Positions 51,241-63,677 are shown, counted from the first letter of the whole stretch. The stretch is 63,677 nucleotides of DNA, filler included, from Octopus bimaculoides (GCF_001194135.2; 4 parts of 4 records of this genome joined end to end with filler, not necessarily neighbours in it); one strand, 5' to 3'. Notes: generated by a model from the letters alone, not told the origin. Translations and numbers: made by a program.

Positions 51241-51824
51241 TAAGTAGAAATTTACAATTTTAAACCCCTGTAGTAGTTTAAACACAACAAAACCTATTGA
51301 ATTAAAGAAGAATTTTTTTAAACAAACAATATTAAACCAGAGAAAGGAACAATAAGGTTTCTATTAATATCAAACCAGAAGTACTGAAATTTAAATGTTA
51401 AATTTGAGATACAATTTAAAATCCTGGAGCTGTTTTAGCACAACAAAATCTACTAAATTAAAGAATGCTTTTTTATGAATAGAATATTAAATCAGAAGAA
51501 CTAATATCTAAATACTAACTTTCAGACAAAATTTGAAACCCTAGAACTGTTTCAACACAACAAAATCTACTTAATTAAAGAACAGAATTTTTTGGGAAAC
51601 CAGCATACTTCAAATTTAAATGTTAAGCTTGAGAAAGGAATTAATTGAAGTCCATCAAATGATTTCAAAATTATATTCTTTTAATGGCATCTGAGGTTGT
51701 AGCCATTGTACCTGCTAGAGATTTAGGTCAATTGGACGTCATCATTCATATAGTAGTTTCCAGAGCGTCTGTCAGCAGTACTATTCATAAGACAGCTACC
51801 ATTATATGCTATCGTTTTCTCAAG

Positions 51825-51933
51825 AGAATGATGGATTTCAGGTGAGTTTGAAAAAGATTGATAACCACACATTTCTAACCACTGACTTCAATGGACAGGA
51901 GATAGTGACAGTGGGATTCTTGTTGGATTGCAG
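51825..51933 (+). CDS. Candidate internal exon (NDGFQVSLKKIDNHTFLTTDFNGQEIVTVGFLLDC), unidentified
   Basis: Acceptor cgttttctcaag|, consensus donor CAG|gtaagt, open frame, phase 1 to 2; a second consensus donor CAG|gtgagt at 51841-51842. Confidence 0.35.
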
Positions 51934-52099
51934 GTAAGTTCACCACTGTTAATTCACCATGAAGAAAGTTTATTACGAGGAAAGTTTACTGCGAGGAAAG
52001 TCTACCGATAAAATATATCCATAGTACTACTCAAGACACACACCATATAAATTTGGAGAAAAGGGCCTTACATGTGTGTGTGTGTGAAAATTGCTGGCC

Positions 52100-52273
52100 C
52101 AATTTTGAAGGGAGGGGGCCAAGTTCATTATTCAACAGGTACTTATTTCACTGACCCCAAAAAGACGAAGGGTGAAGTCGACCTCAGCAGAATTTGAGCT
52201 CAGACCATAATGCTGAAAGAAATACCACTACACATTTTGTCTAGCAGGCTAACAATTCTGCCAACTCACCACG

Positions 52274-52331
<58 letters not shown>

Positions 52332-52564
52332 TAATAATAACAATAATAATGATAATCCGTTCTACTAATGGCACAAGGTCTGAAATTTTGTGGGAGGAGA
52401 TTAGTCAATTACACCAACCAGTATTTCACTGGTATTTAATTTATTGACATGGAAGTACGAAAAGCAAAGTTGACCTCGGTGGAATTTGAACTCTGAGCAT
52501 TCAGAGCCTGACAAAAATCTGCTAAGCATTTTGCTCACCATGCTAATGATTATGCCAGCTCACC
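52100..52564 (-). mobile_element. Two tandem SINE family B copies separated by (AAT)n
   Basis: Both end in CTGCCA.CTCACCAC (reverse of the head); the (AAT)n at 52274-52345 is the tail of the right-hand copy. Confidence 0.8.
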
Positions 52565-52594
52565 ACAACAACAACAACAACAATAATAATAATA

Positions 52595-53202
52595 ATCCTG
52601 GCTAAGAAGGAATATATTCACAGACACAACAGAGCTGGGACCTATATACACTGGAAGCTATGCCAACATTATGGAATAGCAACAGAAAAAAGATGGTATA
52701 AACACACGCCAGAAAAGGTCACAGAAAACGAGAAAGCAACCATACTCTGGGATATGCCAATACACACAGATAGAGAAATTAAGGCAAATAGACCAGATAT
52801 AGTTGTCAAAGATCATGAAGGAAAAAAAATGCCTTCTAATTGATGTTTCAATACCAGCAGATGACAACGTTTCTCGAAAAGAAATGGAAAAACTTTCAAA
52901 ATACAAAGACCTGGAAATAGAGATAACTCGAATGTGGAATCTAAAAACAGAAACAATTCCTATCATAGTAGGTGCCTTAGGTATAATAAAAAAATATTCA
53001 GACAAATACATAACAAAAACACCAGGACTTACAAATATATATAACATACAGAAAATTGCACTACTGGGTACTGCACACATTCTACGCAAAACACTTTCAA
53101 TACAGTAAACATAAGAGCACCACAGCAAACCACAGCACATACCCAAGGCGCACAGAGCTGCGCTCGGTAGTGAAGTGAAAGCACGTTATAAAAATAAAAC
53201 TA

Positions 53203-53248
<46 letters not shown>
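52595..53248 (+). mobile_element. 5'-truncated R4/Dong-type non-LTR retrotransposon (restriction-like endonuclease domain)
   Basis: ILAKKEYIHRHN..HWKLC...ILWD..IHTDREIKANRPDIVV [1-nt frameshift at about 52820] KKCLLIDVSIP.D.N...KEMEKLSKYKDL..EI.RMW...IPIIVGALG...LGTAHILRK*: PD..D..K RLE motif; 3' UTR with AATAAA; flanked on both sides by (AAT)n. Confidence 0.92.
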
Positions 53249-53249
<1 letters not shown>

Positions 53250-53479
53250 CAACAAGAAGTAATAAAAATTTTTTGAAGTTATAGTAAAAAAAAACATGAA
53301 AAAATTATTCTTTAAAAATTATTATTAAGCTAACTTTGAATTAATAAGAAAATTTAAAGAAGTAGAAAATGCAGTTTAAAAAAGTAGATATTAAAAAAAT
53401 CGTTGAATAATAATGGTAACAAGACAGCATATGCTGTAATAAGGCAGATGGTGTGCACGGTGTATAATAATAGGGTGTG

Positions 53480-53680
53480 TTAGTAGAATTACATTTGTTG
53501 GGAGTCATACAGATAGAGTTGTTTAAAGCTGGTTGAGATTGGGAGTAGTTGAGTATGAGATTTTTATGGCATTCCTGTTGAAGATTTTATAATAATCAGT
53601 TTGGAGTGAGAAGTGTTTTTTATAATTAAAGATACCAAAAATAATATTTTGCAATGGATGTAGCTACATCTAGGTTATAA
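53480..53680 (-). mobile_element. Second Penelope-like element fragment
   Basis: Minus frame KHFSLQTDYYKIFNRNAIKISYSTTPNL resembles the KIFNRNT.K.SYSC.PN motif of PLE RT-endonuclease linkers. Confidence 0.6.
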
Positions 53681-54444
53681 GGTAGATTGTAGAAGTTACA
53701 CAAGATAATGTTCAGTTTACTATTACTATGGTAAGCTGTACCATGGGGGAAGTGTTTCAATGTAAACAAAATTTTCTTTGAAATTGCTACACTTTAATTC
53801 TAAAACATTTCCTCATTTGCAGACTGGGTGAATAATCTAAAGGATATATCCTGAACTAGTTTTATTTAAGGCCCTGACACATCTCACTTCACCAACATGC
53901 TTCTTCACAATAATCACCCTGTTCCTATACCTATCCATGACATAATCACACTCCTCTTATTATAACTGAAACCTTATCTCCATTATATATCACCATTTTT
54001 ACATCCTCCTTCTTGTGCTTGCATGGGTGAAACAAAGTTTGTTGAGACAGATTTTCTATGGTCCCATGCCCTTCTTGCCAACCCTCACTTATTCAAGCAG
54101 AGTAACGTTTCCCCATGCTCAGATATGTTCTTGCAGAATTCTGGACATGAACATCACCACTTGTATAACAGTGACACTCATTTACAGCTATCATGTATTG
54201 CCAAGACAAGACACACACATATATATTAGGTTGTCTGGAAAGTTCGTGCCAATTTTTAAAGAAAAGAAAAGGGTCAATAAATACTTGCCATTACATTTTT
54301 AATCAACCAAATATGAACCATTTTGTTGCACAAACCCTCTTCCCAGAATTGAGGTAGTTTCATGGCAAATAAGTCAAAAGGTAAGCTACTATAAATTGGC
54401 ACAAACTTTCCGGACAACCCAATATATAGACAGACAGATATATT

Positions 54445-54560
54445 ATAGGCTTCTTTCAGTATCCACCTTCCACATCCACTCAAAAGGCTTTGAATAACCT
54501 GAGATTGAACCCAGAATCATGCACTTAGGAAGCAAACTCCTTAATTACAGTCACACATAT
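54445..54560 (-). mobile_element. Degraded SINE family C head
   Basis: AGGCTTCTTTCAGT.TCC...GAGATTGAACCCAGAATCATG...AGCAAACTCCTTAATTACAGTCACAC. Confidence 0.6.
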
Positions 54561-54579
54561 GCCTATGTATGTATGTATG

Positions 54580-54724
54580 TATGTATGTATATATTGTATG
54601 TATGTATATATTGTATGTATGTATATATTGTATGTATGTATATATTGTATGTATATATATATTGTATGTATATATATATTGTATGTATATATATATTGTA
54701 TGTATATATATATTGTATGTATAT
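54580..54724. repeat. 16-18-bp minisatellite (TATATATTGTATGTATG variants)
   Basis: Direct inspection; runs into the scaffold join. Confidence 0.85.
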
Positions 54725-54768
54725 NNNNNNNNNNNNNNNNNNNNNNNNNNNNNNNNNNNNNNNNNNNN

Positions 54769-54780
54769 TTAATTAATTAA
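54769..54780. other. Artificial scaffold-join linker
   Basis: 44 N + TTAATTAATTAA + 44 N (54725-54824). Confidence 0.95.
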
Positions 54781-54824
54781 NNNNNNNNNNNNNNNNNNNN
54801 NNNNNNNNNNNNNNNNNNNNNNNN

Positions 54825-54872
<48 letters not shown>

Positions 54873-55149
54873 TACATGTATATACTTATACATACACACA
54901 TACACGTACACGTTATTTGTCAAAATAAAAAGAATAAATAACGTCAAGTTGAACTTTTTCGCAATGAAGATCTGTGTCACACCACGACACGAAATACATT
55001 GGTCTGGCTTCTGCCAAATAACTTCTCAGACAATTGTTTTTAGAACTGATAATCAAAGAAAGACAAGAAGAGGAAGAATCATAATATGTTTATCTTCCAT
55101 CTTGTCATTCAGTATTTAATTTTTTTAAAATGATTCTTTTATGCTTTAG

Positions 55150-55258
55150 TCAGACGAGAGACACTAACAGCCATAAAGTTCTCCAAGTTCTTCGAGACTG
55201 GAGGAAGAAGCAAGAAGGAATTGGTCTCAGGTCGGCGACCCGATCCGAATGCTTGTAA
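55150..55258 (+). CDS. Candidate terminal exon (QTRDTNSHKVLQVLRDWRKKQEGIGLRSATRSECL*), unidentified
   Basis: GC-rich unique island; acceptor tgattcttttatgctttag|; AATAAA at 55341-55346; several frames on both strands are open, so frame and strand are uncertain. Confidence 0.25.
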
Positions 55259-56039
55259 CAGAGTAGACTTTGCAAAGGGGTTCCCTGAGCCAGGAGTTGG
55301 TGCTGAGCTCGGCGATCGATTCAGTTTATTATTCCAAAACAATAAATATAGCCGTCACTCATGAGCGAGCATGGCTTGGTAACGCGCATCATGTTTTCGC
55401 AAACTTATTTAGGTGCCTATATAAACTGGAAAGTGACAAAAATGGAAATAAAAAACAATGGACAACTTCCACTTCCCATGCTTAAGGAAAATAGTTGACA
55501 TCAAGTGATTGCAAAGAGTCCGAAACAACACAAATGAGACGACAACACATACATACAACATATCCCAAATCATTATATCAGGTCTGTTGTGCTTACATTT
55601 TATATTGAGGNNNNNNNNNNNNNNNNNNNNNNNNNNNNNNNNNNNNNNNNNNNNNNNNNNNNNNNNNNNNNNNNNNNNNNNNNNNNNNNNNNNNNNNNNN
55701 NNNNNNNNNNTATATATATATATATATATATATGCATGTGTATATATGTGGGTATGCCTCCGTGCGTATGTGTGTTTGTGCTCGTGTAAGAGTACATATA
55801 TTGACTTACAAGGAAGCACATAAACATTTGTTATGCACACAATGTTTGTATACACACACACATACACTCGCACACCTATACGTATATGTATATATATATA
55901 CATATATATATATATTCATATATATATGCACACGATGTTTGTATATACATATATAAAATATATATATGATTTATATATATACATCAACTATATGTATATA
56001 TATATGTATGTATGTGTGAGTATATATACATACGTATAT

Positions 56040-56087
<48 letters not shown>

Positions 56088-56605
56088 GCATATATATGCG
56101 TGTGTTTTGTCTTTATGTATAAGTAGATACAACGTAATAGATCTACTGCAAAAGCATCTCGACTCTTCCACAGCGGCTGTTGTTGTCCCATGGTATTTCT
56201 TTCGTTAAGTTGTGAATAATAGTACAAAAACAATAGAGTGGTTACACAACATCGCTGCAACACACACGCACACACACACACACACACATACACATGCACA
56301 CACACACACGCAATCGTTCTTTGTTGCTCTCTCTCCTTTTCCTTTCGCCCACACACTCTCTCAGTTACTTTTATTTGCATAGATGCATATGTGCGTGTGC
56401 ATATATATACATATGTATGTGTATACATACATACATACATACATACATGTATACATAAATATATCAATCTATTCGTCTACGTTTCTGTCTACCTGTCTGT
56501 TTATCTATCCATCCATCCAGCCAGCCATCCACCGCAAATCCACCCACCTACCTACCTACCTACCTATCCATCCATCCATCCATTCATCCATCCATCCATC
56601 CATCC

Positions 56606-56654
<49 letters not shown>

Positions 56655-57627
56655 AATAGATATATTTATAGATAGACAGATAGATAAATATATAGATAAA
56701 CAGATTGATAGAAAGATTAAAGAAAGAAAACTAGTGAATTTATTTTATATATACAAATGTATACATACAAACGCACATGCATATATACATGCTTATGTGT
56801 GCGTGTGTGTGCCTGTGTCCTTATATATAAGAATATATATGTGCATGCGTGTGTACATGCATAATCACACGCACACACGCATGCACATACATATAGAATT
56901 TATATGTAATACAAAATATACGTACTATAAAATAAAATGACATAATATATTATATTATAATGACACAGTCACACGCACACATATATAGACATATATATCG
57001 AAAATGAGTCGATTATCAACTCCTTTCTTGCTCGGAATTACAACCACGGGCATTACATGTTATATCCTAGATTTATAACCTTTGGCATTGAATGATACAC
57101 CGGACAGCAGAAACGAGGTGCCACTGCTGTGTGCCAAAGACCCTAACATTGCATTCGTTGCATTCAGAATACAGGAGCTGATACGGCAATAACTTGGGTT
57201 TCAAAGGACAGACAACTATTCAATACCCCCATACACACATACACAGGCACAAATAACCCGAAAGACCTATACTAGATGGCTGTGCCTTCTAAACAAAACT
57301 TGAACTCCTCTTGCTAAGAATTCCAGATAAACCTACCTCGAGTCAGGAAACGCAGATAAGAGCAACAACACCAAACTCCCTCATTCATTAAATACCGCAT
57401 CTCAGAGAAGGGTTAAAAGTTGTGCACCAGCACGGCCGCAGCTTTCAATCTAGTGAAAGGAAATAAGATATTTAGAAATATAAGGAAATTCAACAAATGT
57501 TGCCTGACTGATCTTTTATCTTTCTTGTTAGCGTGAAACTCCGAAGAAGGATAAAGAGAGTGAACCATTCGCTGATTGAAAACATTACCCCTCCGCGTAG
57601 ATACACATATACAGATAATTATATAAT

Positions 57628-58275
57628 GCAGGAACGGCTGTGTGGTAACTAGCTTGCTTACCAGCCATATGGTTCCGGGTTCAGTCCCACTGCGTCGTAC
57701 CTTGGCAAGTATCTTCTACTATAGCCTCGGGCCGACAAAAGCCTTGCGAGTGGATTTGGTAGACAGAAACTGAAAGAATCCGGCGAAAGAGAGGCGGTGA
57801 GAAGGCAGAAGTGTTAGAACGCCGGGCGAAATGCTTAGCGAGTATTTCGTCTGCCGTTACTTTCGGAGTTCAAATTTCGCCGAGGTCGACTTTGCCTGTC
57901 ATCCTTTCGGGGTCGATGAATTAAGTACCAGTTAGGCACTGGGGTCGATGTAATCGACTTAATCCCTTTGTCTGTCCTTGTTTGTCCCCTCTATGTTCAG
58001 CCCCTTGTGGGCAATAAAGAAATAGGTAACTGAAAGAAGCCCATTGTATATATGTATATGTATGTGTGTGTATGTGTTTGTCCCCCCCAACCTCGCTTGA
58101 CAACCGATGCTGGTGTGTTTGCGTCCCCGTAACTTAGCGGTTCGGCAAAAGAACCCGATAGAATAAGTACTAGGCTTACAAAGTTTAAGTCCTGGGATCA
58201 ATTTTCTCGACTAAAAGCGGTGCTCCAGCATGACCGCAGCCAAATGACTGAAACAAGTAAAAGAGCAAAAGAGTA
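57628..58275 (+). mobile_element. SINE family C interrupted by a family B insertion
   Basis: Family C 5' part 57628-57778 and 3' part 58028-58275; AACTGAAAGAA duplicated at 57768-57778 and 58028-58038. Confidence 0.9.
57792..58024 (+). mobile_element. Full-length SINE family B (CpG-intact), nested
   Basis: GGCGGTGAGAAGGCAGAA...GTCGACTTTGCC.GTCATCCTTTCGGGGTCGAT...GGGCAATAAAGAAATA. Confidence 0.92.
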
Positions 58276-58303
58276 TACAGTGATAGAAAGATAGAAACTC
58301 AAG

Positions 58304-58348
<45 letters not shown>

Positions 58349-58494
58349 GACCTACATATAAATAACTATATGTATATGTATCACTCTCCCTTTTCTCTCT
58401 ATACACCCCGGTCTCTGTATAAGTATATGTATGTATGTATACACACACACACATATATATTTGTACACACACATATATATGTATATATATATGC

Positions 58495-58533
<39 letters not shown>

Positions 58534-58798
58534 TATATATATACATGTACATATATATACATACATATATATATATATTTTCATATATTTATATGTGCAT
58601 ATATATATATATATATGCATGTATGCATGCATGCATATATGTATATATTTACCTGTTCCTGTATGTGTATGCACACGTACACATTGTCATACACCTCCAC
58701 ACGCATATATTAGGAGAAAAATGGGTAGAGATAGTCTTTTTGTGAGATTTATATACACTCGCACCGACGCATCTCCCTAGATAAATGCATGCATGTAC

Positions 58799-58866
<68 letters not shown>

Positions 58867-59283
58867 GTATGCATGTATATTTATATATATATATATACGT
58901 ATATGTATTTTGAAATGTACACACACATACACACACACACATTTATTTGCGCATATTTCTTGAACGACATCCAAACACATCCCAAGCGACTTAAAAAACA
59001 ACGAATCGTTGTAAAAAGCAATATTTTGAAATCAAAACGCGTTCATTTCCTGTTTGTGAAATATTTTCTCCTTTCTCCTTTGTTTTTTTTTTTTGTTTTT
59101 CTTTCGCCAACAGTCATTAAGCACTCTATTCGTCTCATTCATTCTTTATTTCGCTTTTCTTCTTTTCCTCTTTTTATCTCCTTTTCTTATTTTGTTCATT
59201 AATGTTTTCCCTTTGCTGCCTTGTTTTTGTTTATTAACATTCTCATACGCCTTCCCTTTTGGTTTCCGCTGCTGCTGCTGTCG

Positions 59284-59322
<39 letters not shown>

Positions 59323-59359
59323 TTACTACTACTACTACTACTACTATATAAATATATAT

Positions 59360-59507
59360 GTCGTAAGTAGCTAGCTTACCAACCACATGGTCCCGGGTTC
59401 AGTCCCACTGCGCGGCATCTTGGGCAAGTGTCTTCTACTATAGCCTCGGGCCGACCAAAGCCTTGTGAGTGGATTTGGTAGACGGAAACTGAAAGAAGCC
59501 CGTCGTA

Positions 59508-59552
<45 letters not shown>

Positions 59553-59734
59553 ATGTTTGTATGTGTGTGTTTGTCCCCCCAACATCGCTTGACAACCGAT
59601 GCTGGTGTGTTTATGTCCCCGTAACTTAGCGGTTCGGCAAAAGAGATCGATAGAATAAGTACTAGGCTTCTAAAGAATAAGTCCTGGGGTCGATTTGCTC
59701 GACTAAAAGGCGGTGCTCCAGCATGGCCACAGTC
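59360..59734 (+). mobile_element. SINE family C (CpG-intact)
   Basis: tRNA-like head (GGGTTCAGTCCC B-box variant), CORE-like TCTTGGGCAAGTG, internal (TA)n/(TG)n, 3' GGCGGTGCTCCAGCATGGCCACAGTC. Confidence 0.92.
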
Positions 59735-59860
59735 CTCAAATATCTTACGCACCCTGTATATACACCTGATCTTAAATTAAAAACCACAAATCTTGCAATT
59801 ATAGCTACCTAGGGTTTTCTAATGGAAATAATTTATTTCACCAATTATCAAGCTGAATAC

Positions 59861-59906
<46 letters not shown>

Positions 59907-61417
59907 TGAATATATGAATGATCATAAATGCTACAAAAGTTATGTTTATCTGTGTGAGTTCATTATAGCAGACAGATATCATGCTTAAGTCTAATCTCTG
60001 TGTGGCATTTTATCTAATTCCGACTGTGTGCCTACAAAATTCCTCTGGTGCTTCAGCGATTCATAACTATTTATAGATCTTGTCGTTGCTTTGTTTATGT
60101 TAAGGTTTATTTTGGTGTGCGAAATTTTGTGTGTTTTAGCGATTTTGCAGTACGCCATATTGCTTTTGCTACCCGGTCTTTTCCCTCACTGTTTCTATAT
60201 TGTAGTAAATATTTGTATCAATCACTATTACATTTCATATACACAAATATAATTATTCAATTTCTCCTTTTTCTTTTGCCTAACAATTCGAGGAAACTCA
60301 AATTGAAGTAGTCTGGTCTACGCCTCAAAATCTATCCAAATACGAACTATTTTCCGAAGTGCAAAATTTTTCTCATTCCCCCAATTCTCATTAATTTGGA
60401 AGTATTGTGTTGAAAAGTATTTAAAAAATATGTAAGGTTCTATTTTTTTTCTCTTACATAAACAGTTTTGTCATTATTTGAGTCAGCATTCGTTATATTT
60501 GCAATAAAATTGCGTTATTGTATTTAAAATATTTTTTCATGTTCTTCTGGTTTCTCCGCTTCGTTTGACGTTTGCTTTTCTTAGTAGTGCCTTTCTACTG
60601 CTTGTAGCAATGTTGTTTATAATTATTTGTCATCATTCTAATTGAAAAGACGGGTAAACAGACATTACGTGTATGTGTGTTCATATATACATACATACAT
60701 AAATTCTGTATATGCATATATGTATGTATGTCTGTATATATNNNNNNNNNNNNNNNNNNNNNNNNNNNNNNNNNNNNNNNNNNNNNNNNNNNNNNNNNNN
60801 NNNNNNNNNNNNNNNNNNNNNNNNNNNNNNNNNNNNNNNNNNNNNNNNNNNNNNNNNNNNNNNNNNNNNNNNNNNNNNNNNNNNNNNNNNNNNNNNNNNN
60901 NNNNNNNNNNNNNNNNNNNNNNNNNNNNNNNNNNNNNNNNNNNNNNNNNNNNNNNNNNNNNNNNNNNNNNNNNNNNNNNNNNNNNAAGAGATTTCTACAC
61001 GTCAGGATTAAGCAAACTTAATTGAATAAATTTCGCAGGAAATTATAAAACAATAACTATGCTGAATTAAAGCTTGAGTCGAAAGAGATTCTTCACTTCG
61101 TTACGTGTAGTACGAGTACGGCTACACTTCAATTAACATGGTGGCTTGATGTTAGACAATTTATTGATTACTCTGGGTGGATGATCATGTATGTATGTAT
61201 GTATGTATGTATGTATGTATGTATGTATGTGCATGTACAGTTTATTTCAAGACTTCTTGCCAATAGAGAAAGAGCCGGTTTCTAACCTAGATCCAAGGCT
61301 CCTTCATTGGAATTTCAACATCAACAACAAGGTATATTTGTTTGTATGTATGTATGCACGTATGTATGCATTTATGTATAGGTGCAGTCTGTATGTTTGT
61401 GTGTATGTGTATATATA

Positions 61418-61453
<36 letters not shown>

Positions 61454-61577
61454 TGTATGTATGTATGTATGTGTGTATGTATATATGTATGTGTGTATGT
61501 GTGTGTGTGTATGTATGTGAGTGTGTATGTATGTATGTATGTATGTATGTATGTATGTAGAACTAACTAATTATTTC

Positions 61578-61855
61578 TCCGTCGGTTGACCCAATCGCCG
61601 GAACAGCCTGCTCGTGAAATTAACGTGCAAGTGGCTGAGCACTCCACAGACACGCGTAACCTTATCGTAGTTCTCAGGGAGATTCACCGTGACACAAAAT
61701 GCAACATGGCTGGCCCTTTGACTTACAGGTACTACTCATTTTTGCCACCTGAGTGGGCTGGATGAACTTGAAATAAAGTGTATTGCTCAAGGCTTAAATG
61801 CACCCCCGGGAATTGAACAATCTTTCGATCGTGAGTTTAATGTCTTAACCACAAA
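61578..61855 (-). mobile_element. SINE family A variant
   Basis: GGAACAGCCTGCTCGTGAAATTAACGTGCAAGTGGCTGAGCACTCCACAGACAC 3' module plus a decayed tRNA-like head (GGGAATTGAAC...CTTAACCAC). Confidence 0.8.
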
Positions 61856-63159
61856 ATCATGCATCGTGTCTTCATATATATATATATACAGTAATCACTC
61901 CCCATATCGCAGTTCACCTATCACGCCTTTAATACATCACGGATTCTTCTCACTAATATATGCAAACTTATATTGCAGACTCCTCTAGCTTGTATATCCA
62001 GATTACAAATTTACATTTATAGTAATAATAATTGGTGCATTTGATCATGTGAATGAACGCCAAAGTAACTCTGTGGATATGCTTAGATTTTCAGAAAAAT
62101 AAATCAAGCAACTAATTCGCAAATTATGAACACAATCTGTAAGTGGAACAGTAAAACCATGCAAGACTTTTCGCAAGTTACAGATGTGACATTGTATTCG
62201 TTAACTACATTCTAACGTTGTAGCTTTGTATCTTTGCTAGAAACTAGCTCCGTCCTCAGAGGAAGAATTTAAATACTTAAAAATAGGAGAGAACATACAT
62301 ATATATTATGTATTCGCATATTAACATATTTTTCACGCGTATAAACATATATATATACAAACATCTAATTAACTATATATATCACATCATAAAATATATT
62401 GGCTTATTTACATTGTATTGCGTATTATATAATGTTCTAACGGAATTTCATTGGCAACATTGTAACAAGTATAGAAATTGTTGCCTTTTTTTCGAACAAG
62501 AGAAAGAGTTTGAACGAGCTGCCAAACGTTGGCATCAAACCATTCATTTTTATTTTTACAGTAATCGGTGCAAGAAATGTTGATTCCTTACGTAAAAATC
62601 CCCCCCATCCCAAAAAAAAATGGAAGATTGAAACATTACATATCATGGCCTTGAATCGCCATATACATATTTGGCAAACCTATGGAACAGCAGTAAAGAA
62701 CAACAAAAGCGATGATAAAAAGGCAATTAAAAATTCAACCGAAGTAGTCAAAACCATCCCTGAAAATATTAACATCAAAAGTCACCCAAATTCTCGCAAA
62801 AACGATATATATGGCGGTTAGATTGGCATAACCATACAATTTTGTAATATTAATCGATGTACGCGTGTTTATATGATAGCAAAAATAAATATAGCGTGGG
62901 TAATTGTAAAAACACGAAATGTGTCTTCTCTACCGAAAGATGAAACGTGGTGTATATTCTGAGAAATAAACAACTGTATATATGTATACATATATATNNN
63001 NNNNNNNNNNNNNNNNNNNNNNNNNNNNNNNNNNNNNNNNNNNNNNNNNNNNNNNNNNNNNNNNNNNNNNNNNNNNNNNNNNNNNNNNNNNNNNNNNNNN
63101 NNNNNNNNNNNNNNNNNNNNNNNNNNNNNNNNNNNNNNNNNNNNNNNNNNNNNNNNNNN

Positions 63160-63193
<34 letters not shown>

Positions 63194-63378
63194 CGTGGTC
63201 ACAATATTCTCTATATTATCTCTATGTATATCTATCAATCACCGTATTCTTACAAAAATCTGACTTATATATATATCTGTAATTCTGCCTGTCCCTCTCT
63301 CTTTGTATTTGCACCCCCACCACATACTTGCACACGTATCCATCCATCCATCCATCCATCCATCCATCCATCCATCCA

Positions 63379-63439
<61 letters not shown>

Positions 63440-63677
63440 ACACGTATATATGTATATACGTGCCTGTCACCCTTAACTGACTGTACAAAACTTCTAATGT
63501 GCATGATGTTCCTCTCTTTCTCTCCCTCTCTCTCTACATTATTGTCTATTTCACTTTCACCTCTCTCTCTCTCTCCCTCCTCCATATCTCTCTCTCCCTC
63601 CTCCATATCTCTCTCTCTCCCTCCTCCATCTCTCTCTCTCTCCCTCCTCCATATCCCTCTCTCTCCCTCCTCCATAT

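Noticed and set aside
57000-57200. Non-repetitive, GC-richer island with short open frames on both strands
   Set aside because: No convincing acceptor/donor pair in an open frame; may be UTR or regulatory DNA.
62308-62821. ORFs 62308-62583, 62437-62646 and 62510-62821
   Set aside because: Short, AT-rich and mutually overlapping, with no motif or splice support.
746-63263. Long ORF-track entries containing X runs or IY/CV/HT/poly-V/poly-L/poly-T stretches
   Set aside because: They are produced by N-gaps and di/tri/tetranucleotide microsatellites that lack stop codons, so they are not evidence of coding.

Overview
Draft-assembly window of AT-rich, microsatellite- and SINE-saturated animal DNA. 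The SINE/LINE families resemble those of octopod cephalopods; this is inference from recognised repeat motifs, not a database match. There are no prokaryotic features (no operons, CRISPR or rRNA). Three 100-bp gaps contain an artificial TTAATTAATTAA linker and split the window into four joined pieces (1-21326, 21427-46555, 46656-54724, 54825-63677). Nearly all ORF-track entries are artefacts of N-gaps or simple repeats. Well-supported elements are: an internally deleted hAT (Buster/SPIN/GTF2IRD2-like) transposon with TIRs and a perfect 8-bp TSD (7780-9283); a decayed Penelope-like retroelement (about 16.7-19.9 kb); a 5'-truncated R4/Dong-type RLE LINE inside an (AAT)n tract (52595-53248); RTE-LINE 3' ends; three tRNA-derived SINE families, some nested; MITEs; a tRNA-Asp pseudogene; and minisatellites. 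The more speculative and more interesting signal is in the 21.4-46.6 kb piece. A hand-assembled, phase-compatible 5-exon minus-strand ORF (43727 to 25920, 117 aa, no recognised homolog) starts beside a CpG-richer island. Its putative introns are CpG-depleted and contain at least six unrelated long fold-back structures plus a near-identical inverted LINE-tail pair, i.e. a candidate dsRNA-rich pre-mRNA (ADAR or endo-siRNA substrate). I cannot establish a new biological system from sequence alone; these are testable hypotheses.
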